DNA of 63,464 nucleotides, taken from a virus (lineage: Duplodnaviria; Caudoviricetes). Position 1 is the first letter of the stretch, and each line of letters opens with the position of its first letter. The translations under genes were made by a program, and so were the position numbers. Location of the stretch: positions 1 to 63,464 of IMG/VR virus record IMGVR_UViG_3300031140_000003. The stretch is one strand, 5' to 3'. Below, one piece after another: positions 1 to 9,622 of this stretch. The notes below the pieces were generated by a model that ran no database searches, was not told the DNA's origin, and saw only the letters and a list, made by a program, of their open reading frames with translations.

Positions 1-1
1 A

Positions 2-2548
2 GGTTTTCAAGGTGAAAAAGGAACTAAAGGAGATCAAGGTTTTCAAGGAGATACTGGATTAAAAGGAGATTTAGGAGATCAAGGTTTTCAAGGTGAAACA
101 GGAATCAAAGGAGATCAAGGTTTTCAAGGAGATACTGGATTAAAAGGAGATTTAGGAGATCAAGGTTTTCAAGGTGAAACAGGAATCAAAGGAGATCAAG
201 GTTTTCAAGGAGATACTGGAATCAAAGGAGATTTAGGAGATCAAGGTTTTCAAGGTGAAACAGGAATCAAAGGAGATCAAGGTTTTCAAGGAGATACTGG
301 AATCAAAGGAGATCAAGGTTTTCAAGGTGAAACAGGAATCAAAGGAGATACTGGAATCAAAGGAGATACTGGAATCAAAGGAGATCAAGGTTTTCAAGGA
401 GATACTGGAATCAAAGGAGATTTAGGAGATCAAGGTTTTCAAGGTGAAACAGGAATCAAAGGAGATCAAGGTTTTCAAGGTGAAAAAGGAACTAAAGGAG
501 ATCAAGGTTTTCAAGGTGAAAAAGGAACTAAAGGAGATACTGGAATCAAAGGAGATCAAGGTTTTCAAGGAGATACAGGAATCAAAGGAGATCAAGGTTT
601 TCAAGGAGATACTGGAATCAAAGGAGACAAAGGTACTAAAGGAGATCAAGGTTTTCAAGGAGATACTGGAATCAAAGGAGATCAAGGTTTTCAAGGAGAT
701 ACTGGATTAAAAGGAGATCAAGGTTTTCAAGGTGAAAAAGGAACTAAAGGAGATCAAGGTTTTCAAGGTGAAAAAGGAACTAAAGGAGATACTGGAATCA
801 AAGGAGATCAAGGTTTTCAAGGAGATACTGGATTAAAAGGAGATCAAGGTTTTCAAGGAGATACTGGATTAAAAGGAGATCAAGGTTTTCAAGGAGATAC
901 TGGAATCAAAGGAGATACTGGATTAAAAGGAGATCAAGGTTTTCAAGGAGATAATGGAATCAAAGGAGATACTGGATTAAAAGGAGATCAAGGTTTTCAA
1001 GGTGAAACAGGAATCAAAGGAGATCAAGGTTTTCAAGGAGATACTGGAATCAAAGGAGACAAAGGTACTAAAGGAGATCAAGGTTTTCAAGGAGATACTG
1101 GATTAAAAGGAGATCAAGGTTTTCAAGGAGATCAAGGTTTTCAAGGAGATACTGGAATCAAAGGAGATACAGGAATCAAAGGAGATCAAGGTTTTCAAGG
1201 AGATCAAGGTTTTCAAGGAGATACTGGAATCAAAGGAGATACTGGATTAAAAGGAGATCAAGGTTTTCAAGGAGATACTGGAATCAAAGGAGACAAAGGT
1301 ACTAAAGGAGATCAAGGTTTTCAAGGAGATACTGGAATCAAAGGAGATACGGGTATTAAAGGAGATCAAGGTTTTCAAGGAGATCAAGGTTTTCAAGGAG
1401 ATACTGGAATCAAAGGAGATACTGGAATCAAAGGAGATCAAGGTTTTCAAGGTGAAAAAGGAACTAAAGGAGATACTGGAATCAAAGGAGATCAAGGTTT
1501 TCAAGGAGATACTGGATTAAAAGGAGATCAAGGTTTTCAAGGAGATACTGGAATCAAAGGAGATACAGGAATCAAAGGAGATCAAGGTTTTCAAGGAGAT
1601 ACTGGAATCAAAGGAGATACGGGTATTAAAGGAGATACTGGAATCAAAGGAGATCAAGGTTTTCAAGGAGATACTGGAATCAAAGGAGACAAAGGTACTA
1701 AAGGAGATACTGGATTAAAAGGAGATCAAGGTTTTCAAGGTATTAAAGGAGATACTGGAATCAAAGGAGATCAAGGTTTTCAAGGAGATACTGGAATCAA
1801 AGGAGATACTGGAATCAAAGGAGATACTGGATTAAAAGGAGATCAAGGTTTTCAAGGTATTAAAGGAGATACTGGATTAAAAGGAGATCAAGGTTTTCAA
1901 GGTATTAAAGGAGATACTGGAATCAAAGGAGATACTGGATTAAAAGGAGATACTGGATTAAAAGGAGATCAAGGTTTTCAAGGTATTAAAGGAGATACTG
2001 GATTAAAAGGAGATCAAGGTTTTCAAGGAGATACTGGAATCAAAGGAGACAAAGGTACTAAAGGAGATCAAGGTTTTCAAGGAGATACTGGATTAAAAGG
2101 AGATCAAGGTTTTCAAGGTATTAAAGGAGATACTGGAATCAAAGGAGATACAGGATTAAAAGGAGATCAAGGTTTTCAAGGTATTAAAGGAGATACTGGA
2201 TTAAAAGGAGATCAAGGTTTTCAAGGTATCAAAGGAGATACTGGATTAAAAGGAGATCAAGGTTTTCAAGGTATTAAAGGAGATACTGGATTAAAAGGAG
2301 ATCAAGGTTTTCAAGGTATTAAAGGAGATACTGGAATCAAAGGAGATCAAGGTTTTCAAGGAGATACTGGAATCAAAGGAGACAAAGGTACTAAAGGAGA
2401 TCAAGGTTTTCAAGGTATTAAAGGAGATACTGGATTAAAAGGAGATCAAGGTTTTCAAGGTATTAAAGGAGATACTGGTATTAAAGGAGACAAAGGTACT
2501 AAAGGAGATACTGGATTAAAAGGATATCAAGGTTTTCAAGGAAATACT
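2..2548 (+). repeat. Shuffled tandem array of 9-nt units (GGAGATCAA, GGTTTTCAA, GGAGATACT, GGAATCAAA, GGATTAAAA, etc.)
   Basis: Directly visible; each unit encodes one Gly-X-Y triplet. Confidence 0.95.
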
Positions 2549-2746
2549 TTACCAGTAAATGGAAATGTAAATAATAGAATCTTAACAGCAACAGGAGGAG
2601 CATCAGTTAATGGTGAAAACTCTTTAACATTCGATGGAACAACACTAGCAACACCTAGGGTGATTACAGATACTATTGCAATAAGTACAGGATTTGAAAT
2701 AAGTAAAGATTCTTCTAGTGGAGATATTCTTTTTACATTTTCATAA
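2..2746 (+). CDS. Collagen-like fibre protein, 5'-truncated (about 280 Gly-X-Y triplets plus a short C-terminal domain)
   Basis: Not in the ORF track (no start in window). Frame 2 reads GFQ-GEK-GTK-GDQ-GFQ-GDT-GLK... and ends in GNTLPVNGNVNNRILTATGGASVNGENSLTFDGTTL...DILFTFS, TAA at 2744-2746. Confidence 0.9.
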   Translation, partial: GFQGEKGTKGDQGFQGDTGLKGDLGDQGFQGETGIKGDQGFQGDTGLKGDLGDQGFQGETGIKGDQGFQGDTGIKGDLGDQGFQGETGIKGDQGFQGDTGIKGDQGFQGETGIKGDTGIKGDTGIKGDQGFQGDTGIKGDLGDQGFQGETGIKGDQGFQGEKGTKGDQGFQGEKGTKGDTGIKGDQGFQGDTGIKGDQGFQGDTGIKGDKGTKGDQGFQGDTGIKGDQGFQGDTGLKGDQGFQGEKGTKGDQGFQGEKGTKGDTGIKGDQGFQGDTGLKGDQGFQGDTGLKGDQGFQGDTGIKGDTGLKGDQGFQGDNGIKGDTGLKGDQGFQGETGIKGDQGFQGDTGIKGDKGTKGDQGFQGDTGLKGDQGFQGDQGFQGDTGIKGDTGIKGDQGFQGDQGFQGDTGIKGDTGLKGDQGFQGDTGIKGDKGTKGDQGFQGDTGIKGDTGIKGDQGFQGDQGFQGDTGIKGDTGIKGDQGFQGEKGTKGDTGIKGDQGFQGDTGLKGDQGFQGDTGIKGDTGIKGDQGFQGDTGIKGDTGIKGDTGIKGDQGFQGDTGIKGDKGTKGDTGLKGDQGFQGIKGDTGIKGDQGFQGDTGIKGDTGIKGDTGLKGDQGFQGIKGDTGLKGDQGFQGIKGDTGIKGDTGLKGDTGLKGDQGFQGIKGDTGLKGDQGFQGDTGIKGDKGTKGDQGFQGDTGLKGDQGFQGIKGDTGIKGDTGLKGDQGFQGIKGDTGLKGDQGFQGIKGDTGLKGDQGFQGIKGDTGLKGDQGFQGIKGDTGIKGDQGFQGDTGIKGDKGTKGDQGFQGIKGDTGLKGDQGFQGIKGDTGIKGDKGTKGDTGLKGYQGFQGNTLPVNGNVNNRILTATGGASVNGENSLTFDGTTLATPRVITDTIAISTGFEISKDSSSGDILFTFS

Positions 2747-2775
2747 TACATAACCAAAAATAAATAAACAAAGAT

Positions 2776-4833
2776 ATGGCTTTACAAAATATAGCTTTAA
2801 AAATAGTAAGAACGACTGGGGAATTCCAAGCATCTTTATTCGACGAGACAACGTCTTCGTTTGGTATTGATACTACAACCGGATCGGTAAATACTCCAGC
2901 ATATTTTCAAGAACTAGACACATTTCCTTCGGGAAATGTGTTAACGTTCAAAGAAACAAACAATGCCATTATATCTAATAGTCAATTTGTTGGGAAAGGA
3001 ATATTATTAGCGAATACAACAATCGATAATAATCAAGTACTAACCCCTTCAAATTTTAATCCACTTAACCATTTATCTCTAAAGGGAGTTACCGGACATA
3101 CTGGTACCAAAGGAGATGATGGTTTTATTGGTTTAGTAGGCGATACTGGAGAAGTAGGATATCAAGGTGATATCGGATCTATCGGATCAACTGGAGATAC
3201 TGGAGATACTGGATTTCAAGGAACAACTGGAGCTAAAGGAGTTCAGGGAGTTCAAGGAGATATCGGTAACACTGGTGTTCAAGGTTCAATCGGAGCTCAG
3301 GGTTCTCAGGGTAACCAAGGTACTACAGGATATAAAGGATATAAAGGAAATACTGGACCAATAGGATCTCAAGGATCTGTTGGAGATAAGGGAGTTACTG
3401 GACCAATAGGGGTTCAAGGAGATACCGGGATTAACGGACCTCAGGGTGTTAATGGACAACCTGGTTTTATAGGACCTCAGGGTAATCAAGGAACTAAAGG
3501 AGTTCAGGGTTATAAAGGAATCACAGGAACTCAGGGAGTTCAGGGAGATACTGGTTTTATAGGAGTTAAAGGTAATCAAGGTGCATTAGGTAATACTGGA
3601 GCAACTGGATCACAAGGAGATAATGGAATCACCGGGCCTGTTGGAACAAATGGACCAACCGGACCTCAAGGTTTAAAGGGAAATCAAGGAGTTCAGGGTT
3701 ATAAAGGAATCACAGGAACTCAGGGAGTTCAGGGAGATGCTGGAAATACAGGAACACAGGGATCTAATGGTATTAATTCAGCATATGGTAATATTGGTTC
3801 AACAGGATCTGTTGGTAATATAGGACCGATTGGTGGTAATGGAATGACTGGATCTCAAGGTCAGATGGGAGATCAAGGAGCAAAGGGATCCACCGGATCA
3901 ACTGGATTAACAGGGCCACAGGGATTAATTGGAAACAAAGGTTCTCAAGGTGGTGCTGGATCAATAGGTGCAACTGGATATAAAGGTAACATAGGTATAA
4001 CAGGTAATAATAGAGGACCTCAAGGAAATACTGGAGCAACTGGAGCAAAAGGAGCAATTGGAAATACTGGTTCAACTGGTGCAACCGGTGCAACAGGCCC
4101 TAGGGGAGTTCAAGGGGCTAGAGGGCCTCAGGGATCTACTGGAGCTAAAGGAAATACCGGGGTACAGGGTTATAAAGGATTTATCGGAACAGGTGGAGCT
4201 AGAGGAGATCAGGGAAACATAGGAGCAAATGGAGATAGAGGATCACAGGGAGCTGTCGGATATACTGGGGTAAATGGTAATACTGGAACTACCGGATCAA
4301 CTGGTGGAAGAGGACCACAGGGAAATACTGGAGCAATTGGCGACTGGGGACCTGTTAGTACAGGAGGAGCTCGTGGAAACACAGGATCTCCTGGAGCAAA
4401 TGGAAACGTCGGGCACATTGGTTCTAAAGGATTAACAGGTTATAAAGGATTAACAGGTTATAAAGGACATAATGGAGTTGGAGGTTATAAAGGGAACATT
4501 GGATTAACTGGTTCAAAAGGAACAGTTACTGGACCTAATGGAAATACTGGACCTGCAGGTGCAAGAGGAGCACAAGGATACAGGGGAATTACTGGTACCG
4601 TTGGATCACCTGGCCCACAAGGAAGTCAAGGGGCTAGGGGAGTAAATGGACCGACTGGATCTACTGGACCACGAGGACCTCAAGGATATAAGGGAGATAG
4701 TGGAGCACAGGGAGCTACTGGACCTATGGGAACACAGGGTTTTCAAGGTATAAACGCCCCAAACAATTACTACGGGTATTCACATAACGGAGGAACTGTT
4801 GGAATATACGGTGGTATAATTAAATCACTCTAA
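2776..4833 (+). CDS. Collagen-like protein (chain A), Gly-X-Y at about aa 104-660
   Basis: ORF translation; long Gly-X-Y run between short non-collagenous ends. Confidence 0.9.
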   Translation: MALQNIALKIVRTTGEFQASLFDETTSSFGIDTTTGSVNTPAYFQELDTFPSGNVLTFKETNNAIISNSQFVGKGILLANTTIDNNQVLTPSNFNPLNHLSLKGVTGHTGTKGDDGFIGLVGDTGEVGYQGDIGSIGSTGDTGDTGFQGTTGAKGVQGVQGDIGNTGVQGSIGAQGSQGNQGTTGYKGYKGNTGPIGSQGSVGDKGVTGPIGVQGDTGINGPQGVNGQPGFIGPQGNQGTKGVQGYKGITGTQGVQGDTGFIGVKGNQGALGNTGATGSQGDNGITGPVGTNGPTGPQGLKGNQGVQGYKGITGTQGVQGDAGNTGTQGSNGINSAYGNIGSTGSVGNIGPIGGNGMTGSQGQMGDQGAKGSTGSTGLTGPQGLIGNKGSQGGAGSIGATGYKGNIGITGNNRGPQGNTGATGAKGAIGNTGSTGATGATGPRGVQGARGPQGSTGAKGNTGVQGYKGFIGTGGARGDQGNIGANGDRGSQGAVGYTGVNGNTGTTGSTGGRGPQGNTGAIGDWGPVSTGGARGNTGSPGANGNVGHIGSKGLTGYKGLTGYKGHNGVGGYKGNIGLTGSKGTVTGPNGNTGPAGARGAQGYRGITGTVGSPGPQGSQGARGVNGPTGSTGPRGPQGYKGDSGAQGATGPMGTQGFQGINAPNNYYGYSHNGGTVGIYGGIIKSL

Positions 4834-4860
4834 TAAATATAAAAATAAAAATAAATAATT

Positions 4861-7203
4861 ATGGCAAAATTTATATTAGGAACTACGCTAAACAGCAATA
4901 TAGTATTGCATAGTGGAAACCTAAATAGTACGAATTTTCCCGAATTCATTGGAGCTAATGGACCCCAAGGATCTAAAGGTACTCAAGGTACCCAAGGTCT
5001 TACGGGGTATATTGGGTTTAAAGGAGATCAAGGACTTTTAGGAGATACTGGTTTCAAAGGAATCAAAGGAAATCCAGGGTCGCAAGGAACTCATGGATCA
5101 CAGGGAATTATTGGTATTAAAGGAAATAAAGGATCTACTGGGGCTAATGGAGCAACAGGAGATATTGGTATTGTTGGAGAAGTTGGTTTATCTGGACAGC
5201 AAGGTGTTCAAGGAGATACTGGAATTCAAGGAGCTGTTGGTTCTAAAGGAAATCAGGGGGCTAATGGTGCACAAGGATCTAAAGGAACCTTAGGGTATGT
5301 TGGAATTCAAGGAGATAATGGTTTTCAAGGAGCACAGGGATCTACTGGATCTGTTGGTATCGTCGGAGACCGAGGAGCTCAGGGAACTACTGGAGCAAAT
5401 GGTGCTAAAGGAAATCAAGGACCTCAGGGAACTAAGGGTTTAGATGGTCTTACAGGATCTAATGGAGCACAGGGAACTAAGGGTCTAAAGGGATTTATAG
5501 GTAATAAAGGAGATAATGGAGTACAGGGATCTACTGGTATTAAAGGAGATGTTGGAAACAGAGGAAATCAAGGAACAACTGGGGCAATTGGAGCTAAAGG
5601 TAATAAAGGAGCTCAAGGAATTGGCGGAGCAACTGGATATCAAGGAGCAACTGGTCCACAAGGTACTCAAGGTACTAAGGGAATAACTGGTATTACTGGA
5701 TCATCATTCGGTAGATATACACAAACGAGTAGTTCATACATAACACCAACATCTAATTCAGATAAAACTAAATGGAGTTTTTCTAAATCCGGAACAACTG
5801 GTTGGAATTCACAATCATATTCTAATGAATCAATAACAGGATCAGCTACTATAAGATTTAGAGCAAATCCAGGATATCATCGAATGGTTGGTTTCAATTC
5901 TGATCCAACTTCTAATGCTAGTTATAATTCAATAGATTTTGCATTTTATCCACATGCTGGTAATACAAATATTTATGAAAGTGGTGGTAGTAAAATAAGT
6001 GATGTTCAAAGTGAAGTTAGATCATCTAGTGATATATACACTATAACATATAATGGTTCAACTGGATTAGTTAGTTACTATATACATGATGCAAGTTTAA
6101 ATCAAACTAGATTAATAAGAACAGTTACGACTGGTGCTAATAGAACTTTTTGGTTAGATACTTCAATGTATGAAACTGGAGCAGCTTTATATGATGTAGA
6201 ATTTTACGCTGGAATAAATATAGGTGCTAAGGGAAATACTGGACCTCAAGGAAATACTGGAACAACTGGAGCAACTGGAGCAACTGGAATTAAAGGAAAT
6301 ACAGGAGGTTCTGGATCAGTTGGATATACTGGACCAATGGGAGCACAAGGTTCTCAGGGTACTGAAGGAAATGTTGGTGCTAAAGGATCTACCGGGCCTA
6401 CTGGTTCAGTCGGTGATAAGGGGAATACAGGTCCAGCTGGTTATGTTGGAATTTCTGGATCTCAAGGTGCTGTTGGTTCAGGTGGAAATACTGGAGCAAC
6501 TGGAGATAAGGGATCAACTCCCGGAGGATACGGAGCACAAGGAAGCCAGGGTACTGGTGGATATAAAGGATGGTACGGATTTAGTGGGGATAAAGGAGCA
6601 ACAGGACCTTCGAGTGTAAGAGGGCCTCAAGGATCTAAGGGACTTACTGGAGCAGCAGGACCTGTAGGATATACTGGTAATAAAGGAGCAACTGGTGATA
6701 AAGGAGCAACCGGAGCTACAGGACCTACTGGATATAAAGGATACGTTGGATTAATTGGTAATAAAGGAGCATCTGGAGCATACGGGCCTCAAGGAGCTCG
6801 TGGAAATCAAGGATCTCAGGGATCTCAGGGATCTCAGGGAGCAAGAGGACCTCAAGGATCTCAAGGAGCCAAGGGATATACTGGATTAGTAGGATATAAA
6901 GGTCCTGATGGACCGGGAGGACCTACTGGATATAAAGGATATCAAGGTAATGCTGGTGGAAATTCTGGAACTGGTCCACAGGGACCTACTGGATATCAAG
7001 GTGCAGTCGGACCCGCTGGTGGAACAGGATCTGCTGGAGGTAGAGGAGCAAAAGGGAATCAGGGATCAGCTGGACCTACAGGATATAAAGGACTTACTGG
7101 TGATTTTGGACTTACTGGAGGACAGATATCTAATTACTTCTCAGGATCTTTTAATGATAATAATTTCATATCTAGAACAGTAGCAAATGGTAAAATACTA
7201 TAA
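4861..7203 (+). CDS. Collagen-like protein (chain B) with an internal ~170-aa globular insert
   Basis: Gly-X-Y at aa 31-282 and 455-755; aromatic, beta-rich insert between them. Confidence 0.9.
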   Translation: MAKFILGTTLNSNIVLHSGNLNSTNFPEFIGANGPQGSKGTQGTQGLTGYIGFKGDQGLLGDTGFKGIKGNPGSQGTHGSQGIIGIKGNKGSTGANGATGDIGIVGEVGLSGQQGVQGDTGIQGAVGSKGNQGANGAQGSKGTLGYVGIQGDNGFQGAQGSTGSVGIVGDRGAQGTTGANGAKGNQGPQGTKGLDGLTGSNGAQGTKGLKGFIGNKGDNGVQGSTGIKGDVGNRGNQGTTGAIGAKGNKGAQGIGGATGYQGATGPQGTQGTKGITGITGSSFGRYTQTSSSYITPTSNSDKTKWSFSKSGTTGWNSQSYSNESITGSATIRFRANPGYHRMVGFNSDPTSNASYNSIDFAFYPHAGNTNIYESGGSKISDVQSEVRSSSDIYTITYNGSTGLVSYYIHDASLNQTRLIRTVTTGANRTFWLDTSMYETGAALYDVEFYAGINIGAKGNTGPQGNTGTTGATGATGIKGNTGGSGSVGYTGPMGAQGSQGTEGNVGAKGSTGPTGSVGDKGNTGPAGYVGISGSQGAVGSGGNTGATGDKGSTPGGYGAQGSQGTGGYKGWYGFSGDKGATGPSSVRGPQGSKGLTGAAGPVGYTGNKGATGDKGATGATGPTGYKGYVGLIGNKGASGAYGPQGARGNQGSQGSQGSQGARGPQGSQGAKGYTGLVGYKGPDGPGGPTGYKGYQGNAGGNSGTGPQGPTGYQGAVGPAGGTGSAGGRGAKGNQGSAGPTGYKGLTGDFGLTGGQISNYFSGSFNDNNFISRTVANGKIL

Positions 7204-7227
7204 TCAAAAAAATAAAATAATAAAAAC

Positions 7228-9510
7228 ATGGCAAAATTAAATACAGGATCAACTGTAGGTGGTGAAACTCCCCTACATGTTGGTAATTTCCAAACAGGAA
7301 ATTATTCTGAGTTAGTAGGAGATCAAGGAGTTCTTGGTCAATCCGGTAATGTCGGTACACAAGGTTCACAGGGGATAAAGGGAATCGATGGTGTAAAGGG
7401 AGCACAAGGACCTCAGGGTATTAAAGGATCACAGGGATCTACCGGTCTTGTTGGTGATAATCCTACTGGAGATAAAGGACATATAGGAGTACAGGGAATA
7501 TCTCCAAAAGGAGATCAAGGATATGAAGGCCATATAGGTTTTCAAGGATCTACTGGCGATAAAGGAAATGTAGGGGATTCGCCCACTGGACCAAAGGGAA
7601 ACCAAGGAACTATTGGAGATTCTCCAACTGGACCAAGGGGACATCAGGGAAACAAAGGTTTAAGAGGAACACAAGGAAGTATTATAAATGGAAATCCTGG
7701 TTTTAAAGGAGATGTTGGTTTTATAGGACTTATTGGAGATAGTCCAAAAGGGCATATTGGTTCAAATGGACAACAGGGTCCTACTGGGTATCAGGGATCT
7801 ACTATTACTGCACAAACAGGCCCTCAAGGTAATCAAGGATCTCAAGGAGCTACTGGTTCTAACCCAACCGGACCAGAAGGTTTAAAAGGAGAACCTGGTT
7901 TTATAGGAGTTGTTGGAGATAGTCCAAAGGGACATATTGGAGACAGGGGACCTAATGGTCCAAGAGGAGTACAGGGAAGCACCTTAACAAACCAAACAGG
8001 ACCACAGGGACCTCAAGGAAATCAGGGATCTATCGGTAACGTTGGGCCTACTGGATTAAAAGGGACTAATGGTTTAAAAGGAATTACTGGAAATACAGGA
8101 TCTTCTCCAACAGGGGCTAAAGGTTATGACGGAGTACCTGGTGATAGAGGAGTACAGGGAGGTACTAATACAGGAGCAACTGGGAATCAGGGACCTCAGG
8201 GACCTACTGGTTATAATGGACTTTCTCCAAAAGGAGCAAAGGGAGATACAGGTTCAAGAGGATCACAGGGATCTAAAGGAGCACAACCAACAGGGTATAA
8301 AGGATTAACAGGATATAAAGGAGCAACTGGAGCACCTGGTGATCATTATAAAGGGGTAACTGGTGACAGAGGCCCACAGGGTTCACAGGGATATAAAGGA
8401 TCTGCACCGACCGGACCAGTTGGATATACAGCAGTTGGCGGTTCAAGAGGACCCCAAGGTTCTAGTCCAAGGGGAGCACAGGGTGCAACCGGATATAAAG
8501 GAGCAACAGGCGGAGTACCTGTTAGACCTAGAGGACCTCAAGGACCTCAAGGATATAAAGGAGCAACCGGTGGTACAGGAGCTTCACCAGTAGGAGCAAA
8601 GGGTTCTGTCGGAGCAACTGGAAATACAGGACCAACTGGAAATACAGGAGGTACTGGATCAGTCGGTAACAGAGGGCCTCAAGGAGCTCGTGGAAATCAG
8701 GGAGCTACTATCACAGGACCTAGAGGACCTCAGGGATATAAAGGACTTAATGGATACGGCGCATCTTATGCAGCAGGTGGAGCAAGGGGACCTCAAGGAG
8801 CAACTGGTAATCCAGGAGGAACTTCAAATGGAATAACTGGATATAAAGGAGATCCTGGACCTAATGGAGCTCGCGGAGTTCAAGGTTCAAAAGGATATAC
8901 TGGAATGAAAGGATACGCACAGACTAACGGTATTAATGGGAGTTTTTCAACAGCTTCACATACCGTATCATTCACTAACGGGCTAGTAACATCTATAACT
9001 ACATCTGGTCCACCTAGATGTTTAATTGCAGGAACTCAAGTCGAAATGGCTGATGGTACTTTCTCAAACATAGAAGACCTTATAGCAGGTGATGTTGTAA
9101 AGTCAGTAGATATACATTCGATGCCAGATACTGATAATGCGGAAATGCTTGCAACATGGAGCACTCAATCGTTAGGAGCTACATTTACAACGGCAATTGT
9201 TACTGGAAATGAAGCGTTAACTGTCGATATGATATATAGCATAAATAATGGACTTTTAACATGTTCATCTAGTCATTTACATATAATAGAACGTAATGGG
9301 ACATGGCATGTAAAGCAGACCTTTGAGTTATTAGGAGGAGATTATTTATTAAGTGAAGATAATTTCACCAAAATAGAAATAATATCAATAGACTCTGGAG
9401 ATTGTAACATAACGGGACATACTGTATATAATTTAGATGTTGAAAATGATGATGTTTATATTGCAAATGGAATAGTAACGCATAATAGGAAGCTAAGTCA
9501 ATTTGAATAA
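7228..9510 (+). CDS. Collagen-like protein (chain C) with C-terminal Hint (intein-like) domain
   Basis: Gly-X-Y at aa 31-564; Hint motifs CLIAGTQVEMADG, TCSSSH, VYNLDVENDDVYIANGIVTHN. Confidence 0.9.
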   Translation: MAKLNTGSTVGGETPLHVGNFQTGNYSELVGDQGVLGQSGNVGTQGSQGIKGIDGVKGAQGPQGIKGSQGSTGLVGDNPTGDKGHIGVQGISPKGDQGYEGHIGFQGSTGDKGNVGDSPTGPKGNQGTIGDSPTGPRGHQGNKGLRGTQGSIINGNPGFKGDVGFIGLIGDSPKGHIGSNGQQGPTGYQGSTITAQTGPQGNQGSQGATGSNPTGPEGLKGEPGFIGVVGDSPKGHIGDRGPNGPRGVQGSTLTNQTGPQGPQGNQGSIGNVGPTGLKGTNGLKGITGNTGSSPTGAKGYDGVPGDRGVQGGTNTGATGNQGPQGPTGYNGLSPKGAKGDTGSRGSQGSKGAQPTGYKGLTGYKGATGAPGDHYKGVTGDRGPQGSQGYKGSAPTGPVGYTAVGGSRGPQGSSPRGAQGATGYKGATGGVPVRPRGPQGPQGYKGATGGTGASPVGAKGSVGATGNTGPTGNTGGTGSVGNRGPQGARGNQGATITGPRGPQGYKGLNGYGASYAAGGARGPQGATGNPGGTSNGITGYKGDPGPNGARGVQGSKGYTGMKGYAQTNGINGSFSTASHTVSFTNGLVTSITTSGPPRCLIAGTQVEMADGTFSNIEDLIAGDVVKSVDIHSMPDTDNAEMLATWSTQSLGATFTTAIVTGNEALTVDMIYSINNGLLTCSSSHLHIIERNGTWHVKQTFELLGGDYLLSEDNFTKIEIISIDSGDCNITGHTVYNLDVENDDVYIANGIVTHNRKLSQFE

Positions 9511-9536
9511 CCCAATATACTTAATTTAAATATTTT

Positions 9537-9569
9537 AAAAGGATCTCATTTACGGGATCCTTTTTTTTT
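9537..9569 (+). terminator. Rho-independent terminator
   Basis: GGATCTC-ATTTAC-GGGATCC stem followed by T9. Confidence 0.85.
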
Positions 9570-9578
9570 GTAATATAT

Positions 9579-9605
9579 AAACAAATCAAGAATTACTTAT
9601 ATAAT
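9579..9605 (+). promoter_or_regulatory. AAAC-N17-TATAA promoter
   Basis: One of six intergenic copies with identical 17-nt spacing. Confidence 0.6.
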
Positions 9606-9622
9606 ATTTAAAATTCATATTA

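Noticed and set aside
1-2548. Possible CRISPR array
   Set aside because: No unique spacers; the units are in-frame 9-mers encoding Gly-X-Y.
422-8593. Short alternative-frame and minus-strand ORFs over the collagen genes (e.g. 422-694, 444-710, 1247-1504, 6224-6619)
   Set aside because: Shadows of Gly-X-Y codon periodicity; the real frame is the collagen frame.
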